The position numbers were made by a program, and so were the translations under genes. DNA of 64,000 bases from a virus: IMG/VR virus record IMGVR_UViG_3300028563_000011, positions 1 through 64,000 of that record; one strand, written 5' to 3'. Positions 44,350 to 54,181 of the stretch are shown here, piece by piece (position 1 is the first letter of the stretch; every line of letters begins with the position of its first letter). A model generated the notes under the pieces. The model did no database searches and was not told the origin of the DNA. It worked only from the letters and a program-made list of their open reading frames with translations.

Positions 44350-44790
44350 TTATACGCCCAACTTTGCTAACTGGATAGTTAGTGTTACGATCCGTCCTAC
44401 AACATTATCATCATCAACCGGGGCAACGATAGGACCAGTTGCCAGTATTAGTACAACGTTCCAACTTGGAATTGTTATACCCCCTCGTTGACGGTGAAAC
44501 AAGTCATGAACAAGATAAGATATAGTCTCAATATCTCGGTATTGTTGAGCCGTTGCATTATAACCATAAATTGAAATATCCCTAGTAAAAGTAGGCCGAC
44601 GATCGTTTACACCATCGGTCTCGCTTTGAGCAATATCTGGACTAACAAAAATAACGGGTCGAGGAGTATCAACTGGAGCCGGACGCCGAGAAAACACCGG
44701 AAAGGTATTCTCATAGTCCGGAAGCATAGCCGTTATGCTGCTATCTCCTAAAATAGCAGCAATCAATGGAGCAGCAAGGTCTGGACTCAT
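44350..44790 (-). CDS. tail terminator (DUF3168-like)
   Basis: position; V.DLFHRQ motif. Confidence 0.75.
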   Translation of the reverse strand: MSPDLAAPLIAAILGDSSITAMLPDYENTFPVFSRRPAPVDTPRPVIFVSPDIAQSETDGVNDRRPTFTRDISIYGYNATAQQYRDIETISYLVHDLFHRQRGGITIPSWNVVLILATGPIVAPVDDDNVVGRIVTLTIQLAKLGV

Positions 44791-45194
44791 GGACCAAACT
44801 CACGCCGTATTGCTGCAGCAATACGTTGCTCCATTTCAGGAGTTTTATTAGCAATTGCTGGCCGGAGATACGGCCTAGGCTCCATTTTTTCTGTACCGTA
44901 TTCAAGAAATAAACCATAATCTACAGTAACTGTTACGGTTCCAGTATAGGTATTAAAGTCATAAGAAGTTGAAATGTTATTAACTAATGTTCCAGTATCA
45001 GAAGCCGGGGGCTCTCCAGCCGCTGAAGCTCGATGGGTTACTCCACGGTGCCTATACGAGCGCCCATTTTTCTCAGTATTAAGTATTAAAGAAATAGCCT
45101 CAGCCCGAATGGCTTCAGTACCACGAATGACCTCAGGCATTACAGCCTTACGGATGCGGTCAGCTAAAGCTTTATCGTTAAAATCAACAGCCAT
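44787..45194 (-). CDS. HK97 gp10-like tail completion protein
   Basis: AS..GEPPASDTG.L...Y..FLEYGT.KM.PRPYLRPA. Confidence 0.9.
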   Translation of the reverse strand: MAVDFNDKALADRIRKAVMPEVIRGTEAIRAEAISLILNTEKNGRSYRHRGVTHRASAAGEPPASDTGTLVNNISTSYDFNTYTGTVTVTVDYGLFLEYGTEKMEPRPYLRPAIANKTPEMEQRIAAAIRREFGP

Positions 45195-45583
45195 TACGGT
45201 GGTAAATCCCCAATTTCGGTAGCTTGAACCGACATTGAAGCTCCAGCTGGGTCCACTTCTAGGACCTTACGGAACTGATGCCAACGGGGGGGAACCCCTA
45301 TATAAATGAAATCCCCCTGCTTTGGGATTGTCACCGGCTTAACTGAGCCTAAGAGAATCAGTATTCTGACATCTTGATCGGGAATACCAGTTTTGGCTAT
45401 ATACATAGCCGAAAAGTGTTCTCGAATACCTGTAAAGGTAAATGTCTGAGTTGTTCCAGGGACTGCATCCCCGTATGCATCTAAAGCGGAAGGAATTCGA
45501 CGACTAATGGTTCCAACTAGAAGCTTGCCCTGAAACTTCTGAGCTATTGTTGCCTTTAGAGAGCCTTCCAGAATAGAAGCCAT
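45194..45583 (-). CDS. head closure/head-tail joining protein
   Basis: position; D.RILIL...P..GD....DPA.A. Confidence 0.7.
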   Translation of the reverse strand: MASILEGSLKATIAQKFQGKLLVGTISRRIPSALDAYGDAVPGTTQTFTFTGIREHFSAMYIAKTGIPDQDVRILILLGSVKPVTIPKQGDFIYIGVPPRWHQFRKVLEVDPAGASMSVQATEIGDLPP

Positions 45584-45648
45584 AGAGCCGTTTTATCCCT
45601 TAGGGTGAGCCTATCTAGCTGGTAGCTCTCAAAACTCCTCAGCGGGGC

Positions 45649-46002
45649 TTATTCGGACCTACGAGCAACACGAGTAACCTTAGTCCGTACCCGTTCAACC
45701 TTTGCCGGGGGTATATCTTCTACGGACTCCCCTTGAGGCTCTTCTTTGGGTTCTTGTCTTGATTCATCATCTTTTGATTCGAGTATCTCAGTATCCTCAA
45801 CTACAGTATCAAGTATTGGTTGAGGTTCTTCTTGCGCAAAGTCGATCATGTACTGATCGAAAAGCTGACGTAACCGTCTAGCTGTAACTTTTGTCTTGTC
45901 GAACGGTTGACCGCGAGGGATGATCTTGCCACCTAAAACCAAAGGCTTAAAGGCTACAAAGTCACGACCGCGGTCAAATTCATCTCGGGTCTTTATTACC
46001 AT
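45649..46002 (-). CDS. hypothetical protein after major capsid gene
   Basis: GGAGG RBS; acidic tail. Confidence 0.75.
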   Translation of the reverse strand: MVIKTRDEFDRGRDFVAFKPLVLGGKIIPRGQPFDKTKVTARRLRQLFDQYMIDFAQEEPQPILDTVVEDTEILESKDDESRQEPKEEPQGESVEDIPPAKVERVRTKVTRVARRSE

Positions 46003-46029
46003 TGCTTACCCTCCGTTCAAGCTTTAACC

Positions 46030-47037
46030 TTAGAACGGATAGGCCGGAGACACCGCGTTCTTGAAGAAGATGCCAAGGTCCTGAGCAATAATCCGGATAT
46101 CCCAGGCCATACGAGACTGGAAGTAATCCGAATGCGCCCGGTTATCACGGCCACGTTCAATAACCCCACCAATTGCGTTTGTCACGCCAGGCATAAGCCC
46201 AGTCCAGGCAAACATAGCAATAGCGGTCGGGGAGTCCAAAGCCGGGTTGGGATCAATATACCCCAACCACATCGCGTTTTTATCCACGATATAGTTGAAG
46301 CTATCAGTTCCACCCTCAGCTGCGGAGTTGTAAATCGAACGTGCAACGAACACATTGTCAACTTCAAAGAGTGCAGCAAGGATATCCTCGTCGGCGATAC
46401 CGATCTGGGTATACTTGATACGATCAGCGATGTCAGCGTGCAGGCGTAAGATACGCTTGACGTTTGCGCCAAGAACAAGAGTATTCGGCATGAAGCCGGT
46501 CTTCTCGTTCATGACATCTTTGTAGTGGTCAATGGTCCCAAGCGGGTCCGATCCCACGTCGTTAAACTGGTGCATCTGGAGCGCGCCAGGGGCTGAAGCA
46601 ACACCAGCCACTTCCGTGGTCCACTTACCAGTCGCGAACATATTGGTCGCCCAGTAACGATCTTGCTTGATCATCATCTTCTGGGTGAGCAACGTAGTCG
46701 CATTCTCGTCAAGACGGATAGGATCATCGACGTTTGCACGCTGACGATCATCCACAATATGCTCCAAGGCGTACTCAACTGCCGAGTAGTTACCTTGGCT
46801 CAGCTTGTAACTAACTTGCTCAGGGCGACCGCCTAACGGACGAGGTTTAGCCTCATCACGCCAGAAGTAACCACGGTCGTAGACCACATACAAGTCAGTC
46901 TGCTTCAAGACTGGAATAACTGAAGCTGCTCGCTGAGCAACGAAACTCTTCCGATCCTGAACGTAGTTCACTGAGAAGTTTGTAAGGTACCTGTCTACGT
47001 GCAGTGTACCTTCAATGTTCTGGGCTTGGCCGGGCAT
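46030..47037 (-). CDS. major capsid protein
   Basis: 335 aa, HVD..LTN.S..Y N-terminus, G..PNTLVLG, follows scaffold and cement genes. Confidence 0.9.
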   Translation of the reverse strand: MPGQAQNIEGTLHVDRYLTNFSVNYVQDRKSFVAQRAASVIPVLKQTDLYVVYDRGYFWRDEAKPRPLGGRPEQVSYKLSQGNYSAVEYALEHIVDDRQRANVDDPIRLDENATTLLTQKMMIKQDRYWATNMFATGKWTTEVAGVASAPGALQMHQFNDVGSDPLGTIDHYKDVMNEKTGFMPNTLVLGANVKRILRLHADIADRIKYTQIGIADEDILAALFEVDNVFVARSIYNSAAEGGTDSFNYIVDKNAMWLGYIDPNPALDSPTAIAMFAWTGLMPGVTNAIGGVIERGRDNRAHSDYFQSRMAWDIRIIAQDLGIFFKNAVSPAYPF

Positions 47038-47078
47038 TTCAACTCACTCCTTCTTCTAAGCTTGTTTATGCGTTAAGT

Positions 47079-47432
47079 TTAGCGACCAAACGTAAACTCA
47101 ACGCGTTCACCAGAGGCAGCACTGTTGCGAGCAATGCCAAAAGCAACACCCCCAGCTAAGGTAATGGCTTTCCCTGAACCATCAGATTGCAACCGATCCC
47201 CAGCTGTCACCGCCGCACCGGCGATAGCCTTACCTTCTCCTAAAGTCTGAATGGTAACTGGTAGCGTGGTTGAACCGGGTTCAAAGATAACACCAGCAAC
47301 CGGGTCCCCATTGCCAGCTAAGGCAATAAGACCATCTGTACCTACCTTGGCAAGGTAGTGCATGTTATTAGAAAGGTCGGCACTCGCAAACGCGGCATAA
47401 GTACCGGCCCCAAACAACTTCATTGTAGCCAT
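47079..47432 (-). CDS. capsid cement/decoration protein (DUF2190-like)
   Basis: AGAAV.AGD.LQSD..GKAI...GIA...A..GE. Confidence 0.8.
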   Translation of the reverse strand: MATMKLFGAGTYAAFASADLSNNMHYLAKVGTDGLIALAGNGDPVAGVIFEPGSTTLPVTIQTLGEGKAIAGAAVTAGDRLQSDGSGKAITLAGGVAFGIARNSAASGERVEFTFGR

Positions 47433-47449
47433 AGTTCACTTCTCCTTTT

Positions 47450-47842
47450 TCACTTGAACAAGATCTCGATCTTGTCATTCAGAGCACCGTTACTTAACGC
47501 TATACCAAAAGCGTCACCAGTTGATAAGGGTATAGCGCGCCCTTCGCTATCCGACTGCAACCTACTACCCGCAGTAACTGAACCGCCAAGGATACACTTC
47601 TGTTTATCGGAGAACTCAACTGTTACTGGAAAATCCAGCGGACCAGCCCGGCTAATAATACCAAAAACCGGCTCTCCATAACCAGAAAGTACTATCCTTC
47701 CATCAACATCAATCTTGACTAGATAGTGCTTTTTCTCAGAGAGATCAACACCAGCCAAGGCAGCATAGCTAAAGGCAGTGACTTCATCCCTATCATAAAG
47801 GGAAATAAGTTCTTCACTTAAGAGTTGGGTAAGCGAAGCCAT
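47450..47842 (-). CDS. second capsid cement paralogue
   Basis: aligns by eye with 47079-47432. Confidence 0.75.
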   Translation of the reverse strand: MASLTQLLSEELISLYDRDEVTAFSYAALAGVDLSEKKHYLVKIDVDGRIVLSGYGEPVFGIISRAGPLDFPVTVEFSDKQKCILGGSVTAGSRLQSDSEGRAIPLSTGDAFGIALSNGALNDKIEILFK

Positions 47843-47864
47843 CTGCCTTTAACTCTTGTTTCCT

Positions 47865-48749
47865 TTAGTTGGCATTCCGATTTTGGTATGCCTCAAACTC
47901 ATCAGGGTAATCCGTACGTGCTTTGGTCATTGCCTCAGCACGCGAGATACCTTTGATTGACTTGTGGATGTCTTCCACCCGCTTTTCAAAAGCGTCAATC
48001 CCGGGCACGCCAGGCTTACGGCTCTTGCGGTTAAGATCATCAATACCAGACCCCTTACCGATTGTCTCAAAAGCACCCTTAGCCAGTTTCTCAGACTGGG
48101 TAAAGACAGCTTCGAAAGACTTGCGGACAGCCGGATCTAACCTGCCCATGGCCTTGAGCATAGCAGCCCGCTCTTCAACCGAACCAGGGACATGCTTGAA
48201 TTCATCGTCTGCACGCTTGCACAACTCAGCTTGCTCACGAGCATCACGTTCCTTAGCAATATCCTCATCAGCCTTCTTAAGGCGAGCATCCTGAGCCTTA
48301 AGAATAGCGAAATGGGCTTCACCAACCGCTGATTTCCGAATTTCTTGACCTTCGATCTTGAGAACTTCATCATCCTCAAGCCGCTTGTTCATTTCTTTCT
48401 TTCGGTCAGCTTCAGGCTTACCCATAAAAGTAGCAACATCATCAGCCGACTTACCGGCGCAATGATCCTTCTCGTCTTGGGTCATCTTAGCCAAGACTTT
48501 CAACTGCTCATTTTCCTCCAGAAGCTTTTCAATAAGCTTCTGGGTATCGTCCTCATCGTCGTCCGGTTCGCTATCGTCAGGCTCTTCGCCCTTAGCCTTC
48601 GCCTTCGCCTTCTTCAATGCAGCCTTAAGGACTTCCACACCTTGGTCCTCAAGCGGCTGATTGGCAGCTTCCACAGCCTTCTCAAGCTCAGTAGCAAGCT
48701 CTTCGACCTGCTCCTCAAGCTTGGAAATTTCGGTATCATTCGTAGCCAT
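47865..48749 (-). CDS. head scaffolding protein
   Basis: acidic coiled coil; C-terminal AEA..KA....P..FE.Y; many hydrophobic-x-K sites. Confidence 0.85.
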   Translation of the reverse strand: MATNDTEISKLEEQVEELATELEKAVEAANQPLEDQGVEVLKAALKKAKAKAKGEEPDDSEPDDDEDDTQKLIEKLLEENEQLKVLAKMTQDEKDHCAGKSADDVATFMGKPEADRKKEMNKRLEDDEVLKIEGQEIRKSAVGEAHFAILKAQDARLKKADEDIAKERDAREQAELCKRADDEFKHVPGSVEERAAMLKAMGRLDPAVRKSFEAVFTQSEKLAKGAFETIGKGSGIDDLNRKSRKPGVPGIDAFEKRVEDIHKSIKGISRAEAMTKARTDYPDEFEAYQNRNAN

Positions 48750-48819
48750 TGTTTCTTTCCTCTTCCTAAACGGTAGGTTAAAGGGATGGAGTGGCTGAGT
48801 GAGGACCTACCGCCCCACT

Positions 48820-51372
48820 TTACACTTTGAGTTCTTTTAATGTACCCCGCAAAGCTTGTAATCCTTGCATGACTTTGTCTTGTCCAGGAGCAGCTTTAGC
48901 GGCATCTGGAGGAACAGTAAAGCCCGAAGATCGCCCTACGGCAGAAAGTGGTACATGTTGTACTCCAGCTTTGCTCTGACGTTCACGAAGAGCAATAAGA
49001 GCTTCTGCCGCTTTTAAGACTTTCTGACGAGCAGCCTCACCAGAAATATCTTGAGTTTTTGCAACACGTTGAACTAAACCAGAAGCTTTGTCCTTAAGTT
49101 GACTACTTTCAGCGTATTTGATTATACCAGCCATAGCTTTAGGAGAAAGTTCTGGACCGGCATTGATTTTGTCTAAGACTGAGAAGACATGTGGAGAAGC
49201 AAACCAAGCCGCAGCAGCTAAAGCTAAAGTTGTTCCTGCTGCCAAAGCAGCTGCTCGACCAAAGCGTTTAATCCGCCCGATCTTTGCCGGTTCTTTAGCT
49301 ACTTCTGCTTTTGACGCGCCCGGACTTGAAGCAAAGCGCCCACCCTTACCATGATTTGGATTGAACTTATTTATACCTTCATTTGAGATTTTATCTAGAA
49401 TTTGGCTTACTAATGATAATCTATCCCTTACTGGATTGCCCTGAGTAATAGCTGGACGTTCCTTACCAATAGTATTAACTTGCTTTAATGAATACTTTTT
49501 ATTCACATCATCCACAATCCCTTTCAATATTTTAGCTGATTTTGCCTTTGATGCTCCAGTCTTTTTAGAAAACTCATTTACCATGTCAGTCATGGTAGAA
49601 GATATTTCTTCTTTAGACTTTGCACTAATGGCTTGCTTAAAAGCCCTCTTGAATTTACTTCTTAAGTATAAGGAGCGAATCTTCTTTGCAGCAATCGCTA
49701 CTCCTAATGCTGCAACTGCTGCCCCAACTGATGCTACGATTTGGGCTTGCTGTTGAACCTCTGGTCCGTACCTACCAGGTCCACTGGCCATATTTGGCAA
49801 CCCTAACCCAGAACTAAATCTACCCTTAGAATCATGATTTGGATTTCCAACAGTAGCTCCCATACGACTCAACGCAGAAGCAGCAGCTTGTTTCTCTCCT
49901 AAGGAGGTGTTAGGATGATGGTACAAATTTCTTGCTGCAGCAATACGTTCTTGTCTACCCTTGGTTAGTAGAATAGATTTTGTTAACTTATTTATATCTT
50001 CATTTTTTAATTCATCAAGAACTTGAATCAACATATCTACTTTATCTTTAAGCTGGGCTGGATCTACTGCTTTGTTTAGAGAAGCATTAGCTTCATGCTC
50101 CTTAATCGCTTTCATGTCTAAAGCAACAAGCCTAATACGTCCAATTGCCTCTCGAGAAGTTAACTTATCATTCCTAGCAATTTGTCGAGCTAGCACTTTT
50201 GCTCTAAACTTCATATTCTCTTTAGCAGCCGGACTCGATAAAATAGCTTTAAGTCCTTGTTTCATTGCTCGCATTGCACGAGCATTATGAAATTTTGCTC
50301 GTAACTTACGAGCCACATTATGTACAGAGGTTGCAACCAAGACTGCAACAGGAGCAGCTACAGCTGCGGCTGTTAATTTCTCTCCGGTAGACATTCTATT
50401 AAATTCAGCCTTAGCCCTAGCAGCCCCCCCGCTGGCTAAACCAGCTGCCGCAGAAGCAAAATGTCCTAAAGCATCATGGTAAGGATTCCCCCATTTTGTT
50501 AACTTATTTATAGGATCCATTGGCTTTTGCCAACGCGCAGGCTTGGTTGACTGCGGTTTTCTTTTCTCTGGACGCTCACGCGCTAGCTTTAGACTAGCCC
50601 AAGTAACATCAGGATGAGCCTTGGCTTTTGCATGATAAGCTTGAGCATCCGACCTACTAATAAATCGAGTTGTACGTACACGCTTGTCTCTCGTTAAAAC
50701 TGTAACCGAATGTGTGCCAGTCTTATCTCCTGAAGAAGCAACAAATTTACCTGTTTTAGGATCATGGTTAGGGTTACCAATCTTAGAAACGCTTATCTTA
50801 TTCTTATCTGTCAATGTCGTTGAAACAAACTTGGTCGCCCCCCTCATATGAGGCTCTTTGCTAGCCAATTCTTTAGCATGATCGTGATTTAGGGCAGTTA
50901 CCATCACTTGTCCTACAGGCTGCAGTCCGCCTAGGACATGCGGATGAGGAGCAAATCCCATCACGTAGTGTGATGTTCCTTGATGAGGCCCAGAACCAGG
51001 ACCGCCTTTCTTTAAAGATTGCATCCCCCTAAGAAATTTCTTGCCTCGCCTTCCCTTACCCCCCAAAGAAACTCGGCCACCTAAATACGTAGCAATATGA
51101 GTTGGACCCTCAATATTACCAGCGCCAGCACCTACACCACCATCCAAGTCCTTCTGAAACTTAAGCATGTTGTCTTTAAGTGTTTCAATTCTAGCTGCAA
51201 TTTTCTTTTTACGACCAACAAGAATATCATTCACCGAGTCTGAGTTAGAACCATCCTTCTCAATATCTGCTCGTTTCATAATCACCATCCGAGCATGTTC
51301 CTGGCAAGGGTTATCCACGGCCGAAATCTCTGTAATACGTAATTTGTGAAGGATGCGCTTCTTCTCAGTCAT
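48820..51372 (-). CDS. 850-aa basic head polyprotein: protease C-terminal fragment (EISAVDNP) plus repeated cargo modules
   Basis: four NPxH..xG.F motifs, three Ala-rich hydrophobic helices. Confidence 0.75.
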   Translation of the reverse strand: MTEKKRILHKLRITEISAVDNPCQEHARMVIMKRADIEKDGSNSDSVNDILVGRKKKIAARIETLKDNMLKFQKDLDGGVGAGAGNIEGPTHIATYLGGRVSLGGKGRRGKKFLRGMQSLKKGGPGSGPHQGTSHYVMGFAPHPHVLGGLQPVGQVMVTALNHDHAKELASKEPHMRGATKFVSTTLTDKNKISVSKIGNPNHDPKTGKFVASSGDKTGTHSVTVLTRDKRVRTTRFISRSDAQAYHAKAKAHPDVTWASLKLARERPEKRKPQSTKPARWQKPMDPINKLTKWGNPYHDALGHFASAAAGLASGGAARAKAEFNRMSTGEKLTAAAVAAPVAVLVATSVHNVARKLRAKFHNARAMRAMKQGLKAILSSPAAKENMKFRAKVLARQIARNDKLTSREAIGRIRLVALDMKAIKEHEANASLNKAVDPAQLKDKVDMLIQVLDELKNEDINKLTKSILLTKGRQERIAAARNLYHHPNTSLGEKQAAASALSRMGATVGNPNHDSKGRFSSGLGLPNMASGPGRYGPEVQQQAQIVASVGAAVAALGVAIAAKKIRSLYLRSKFKRAFKQAISAKSKEEISSTMTDMVNEFSKKTGASKAKSAKILKGIVDDVNKKYSLKQVNTIGKERPAITQGNPVRDRLSLVSQILDKISNEGINKFNPNHGKGGRFASSPGASKAEVAKEPAKIGRIKRFGRAAALAAGTTLALAAAAWFASPHVFSVLDKINAGPELSPKAMAGIIKYAESSQLKDKASGLVQRVAKTQDISGEAARQKVLKAAEALIALRERQSKAGVQHVPLSAVGRSSGFTVPPDAAKAAPGQDKVMQGLQALRGTLKELKV

Positions 51373-51373
51373 T

Positions 51374-51898
51374 TTACGTCCTGCTTTTGTAAGCGTTAAG
51401 CGCAGACTTAAGTTGCTTCAAATGAAGCAAAATAAGGTCAGCTTTTGTCTTAGCAATCTCTTCTTCACGCTTTTCAATTAAGTGATCTACGATACTACCT
51501 AAAACTTGTATAGCAACAGGAATTTTTAACGAAAAGTTCTTGGCAAAGTAGTTAACTCCTTGTCTAATAGCTTGCTGAGTTACACTTTGCCCAGCCATTT
51601 CAACAACAGCCCTTAAAACACTATTGGTACTCCAAGCAGCAGCCGCTGTACTTGCTCCAACAATAGGTAAAGCGATAGAAGCAATTGTAGCAACTGTTAG
51701 TGCTTTATCTACCCACTTTAGAATTGGGTGGTCTTCTGGTAAGGTAGAACTTTCACTCCCTGAACCTGAAGTAAATTCACCAGTCTTAGGGTCATGATTA
51801 GGATTACCCTCTTTAGCTAAAAATTTGACATCTGACCGAAGTTTGTTCAACTTCTCATTCAAATAATCAATACGAGTACGATTTCTAATCGATAACAT
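51374..51898 (-). CDS. putative head-packaged cargo protein
   Basis: leader, LAK, GNPNHDPKTGEFTSG, hydrophobic helix. Confidence 0.7.
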   Translation of the reverse strand: MLSIRNRTRIDYLNEKLNKLRSDVKFLAKEGNPNHDPKTGEFTSGSGSESSTLPEDHPILKWVDKALTVATIASIALPIVGASTAAAAWSTNSVLRAVVEMAGQSVTQQAIRQGVNYFAKNFSLKIPVAIQVLGSIVDHLIEKREEEIAKTKADLILLHLKQLKSALNAYKSRT

Positions 51899-51907
51899 TC
51901 AAAACCT

Positions 51908-52444
51908 TTAGACTCCCCAATCTTTTGCCTTCGATTGTAAGAATGTATTTAATTTGTCCATTTGATCTTTAGATAAATGCTTGGGAAGCTCATCCAAGAA
52001 CTTCTTACCATCAGCATCCGACTTGAAATTAAGTTTGGGTACTGCTTTAGTTAAAGCATTATATATTTTACCACCAGAATAAATCCCAACTCCTGCAGCT
52101 GTTAAGGCTGCACCTATTGGGTTAAGAACACCAGCAGACATTAACCAATATGCCACTGTACCCCCTAGCAAAGAACCACCCTTAACCGCTAATATAGCAG
52201 CAACAGTTTTTCTAAAAAGACCTGCTCCAGACCCCTTCTCTTCCTCAACCTTTGGTTTTTCCTTATCTTTTGAATCGGAAGAACTTCCGCCAGAACCTGA
52301 AGTAAATTCCCCAGTCTTAGGATCATGATTAGGGTTACCTTGATCTTCTTTAGCTAAAGATTCAATACCCATCTTGATCTTAAGAATACGATCACTGAGC
52401 TTAGAAACTCTTGAGCGGTCCCGCAAAGACAGCATCAACGTCAC
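51908..52444 (-). CDS. putative head-packaged cargo protein
   Basis: leader, LAK, GNPNHDPKTGEFTSG, Gly-rich TM hairpin. Confidence 0.7.
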   Translation of the reverse strand: MTLMLSLRDRSRVSKLSDRILKIKMGIESLAKEDQGNPNHDPKTGEFTSGSGGSSSDSKDKEKPKVEEEKGSGAGLFRKTVAAILAVKGGSLLGGTVAYWLMSAGVLNPIGAALTAAGVGIYSGGKIYNALTKAVPKLNFKSDADGKKFLDELPKHLSKDQMDKLNTFLQSKAKDWGV

Positions 52445-52489
52445 TCCTTACTTCTTGCCGTAGTACGCACCAAGAGCCATTTGTATACG

Positions 52490-53893
52490 TTAAGCCTTTG
52501 ATTTACCCTTAAATCTCTTATTGTCAGAATGGACAAAATCATGGATAAAGTCGGAAGCTTTAGCGTCTGCCCCCAAGGTCTTCAATAAAGTATCTATATC
52601 AAAATCAGAAACAGATTTATTCATTTCAATATCTTCAAAGTTTAATTTCTTTCCACCAATGCTAAATCCTTTATACACCCCATTCTCGTATTTAGACAAT
52701 AACTCAGGAGTAGAAGGCTTCATCGCAATCATCAACCCCGTTGTACGGGTATTGATACCCATAGCTTTAGCTATATCTGTCGTCAAGGGAAAAGCAAACA
52801 CGATAGAACCCTTACCATCCCCTACGTGCATTTCCTTTGCTAATCGGGAATTCTCCATAAAATCGGAAGAGGCTTCGAGCATAGATTGTTCTGGGATGTG
52901 TTCTGGAACACGTTCCCCTGAACTATCGCGATTGAGGTCGTAGTAGTCTTCCCCATCACGCTTGCATACAATGGCCCAGCCAAAGACAAGACCGAGGTTA
53001 GAGTCAACCTTGATAACATCAACATTTTGTCCTTCAGGGTTCTCTTCTAAATCCTCAAGATTATGAGTACCTTGACCCTCACACTTCGCACCTAAAGCAA
53101 CACACTGATCATGAATTGATTGTAACTGATCGTACTCTTGTTTTGTGTGCCTAGCACCAATCTTCTTCATTCCAGCATCGCCTACAATATCTTTGTAGCG
53201 ATCCATAGACAAACAATCTTCACCCTTGTTTTGAAGGTCAATAGCTCTCTCGGTTAATTCGTGTAATGATAAATCACCAGGTAATCCTTTTGGGGAGTCT
53301 TCCCGAGCGTACTCCAAAAGCCTAATAAATAATGGGACGTCAAGAGTAATAGAATGATCAGTCATATCTAACTTCTCAACAATTCCATCTGTTGCATTAG
53401 GAGTAATTTCTTCAAATGTTTCTGGTCCCAACTCAATTACTCCCTGATAAGGCTCAACCTCATCCAAATCTAAGCCTTTGGGGACCCCATTATAGGTCAA
53501 AGTAATATGAGGCTGAAATCCCGGCCAATCCCAAGAAGCCCCCTTATTACGAATGTCCTCATTACGGTAAGCCAAATCTGGGCTAGCAAACATCAAGACA
53601 ATAGCATCAGGACCTAAAGGCTCAACAACTCTAGGTCCTCCAGGCATGATAGTTAAAGTACCATCTACACGGAATGGGCTACCAGGATAAGTATTCTGGT
53701 TTGACCCCATTTTGATCCAATCAACCGGGGTCTTAGAATAAGCTATCGTAACGTGCATTTCTTCAGGGGGTACAACTTTGTCAAAGCCTTGGGACTTAGC
53801 CCAAGATATAATGTCTTGAGCATTCAAGACATTACGGTAAACATAAAGAGTACGAGGCTGAGCCTTCGTTATGTCTAACATAATCACTTCCAA
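52490..53893 (-). CDS. XkdF-like prohead serine protease fused to an N-terminal Acb1-like 2H phosphoesterase and other modules
   Basis: MHVTIAYS and PHITLTY (2H); KVD...GLVFGWA..EMH..GFSIGG (XkdF). Confidence 0.85.
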   Translation of the reverse strand: MEVIMLDITKAQPRTLYVYRNVLNAQDIISWAKSQGFDKVVPPEEMHVTIAYSKTPVDWIKMGSNQNTYPGSPFRVDGTLTIMPGGPRVVEPLGPDAIVLMFASPDLAYRNEDIRNKGASWDWPGFQPHITLTYNGVPKGLDLDEVEPYQGVIELGPETFEEITPNATDGIVEKLDMTDHSITLDVPLFIRLLEYAREDSPKGLPGDLSLHELTERAIDLQNKGEDCLSMDRYKDIVGDAGMKKIGARHTKQEYDQLQSIHDQCVALGAKCEGQGTHNLEDLEENPEGQNVDVIKVDSNLGLVFGWAIVCKRDGEDYYDLNRDSSGERVPEHIPEQSMLEASSDFMENSRLAKEMHVGDGKGSIVFAFPLTTDIAKAMGINTRTTGLMIAMKPSTPELLSKYENGVYKGFSIGGKKLNFEDIEMNKSVSDFDIDTLLKTLGADAKASDFIHDFVHSDNKRFKGKSKA

Positions 53894-54171
53894 CTATCAG
53901 GAAGCTGATCTTCAGCACCAAGGGCTTTTGCCCTTGCCTTGATATGAGCTTTCGTTTTACCGGGGTCCTTTGCGCGCCCTATTGCCTGAATTGCATTATG
54001 CAAGTCAGACACATTAGCAATCGGATAACCTCCCCCTCCCATAGCCTGACCTTTATCAGCCATCTTTTGTCGTTGCTTATCTGAAAATTCTCTTTTGTGT
54101 AAATTTGTCAGAAGTGGACGTAACTTCTCAATCCTATCACTAAGTTTACGTATTCGCTGGATAGGCAACAT
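53884..54171 (-). CDS. small head-associated protein (DUF6582-like)
   Basis: YPI.N..DL.NAIQA.GRAK......HI..RA..LG....LP..W. Confidence 0.7.
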   Translation of the reverse strand: MLPIQRIRKLSDRIEKLRPLLTNLHKREFSDKQRQKMADKGQAMGGGGYPIANVSDLHNAIQAIGRAKDPGKTKAHIKARAKALGAEDQLPDSWK

Positions 54172-54181
54172 TTCTTTCTCC

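Noticed and set aside
51770-52340. ~45-nt near-identical repeats as DGR template/variable repeats
   Set aside because: Both copies are coding (GNPNHDPKTGEFTSG), differences are synonymous, and no reverse transcriptase is in the window.
52448-52492. Genome-wide TAA reassignment
   Set aside because: TAA terminates many conserved genes at expected positions; only one interruption was seen.
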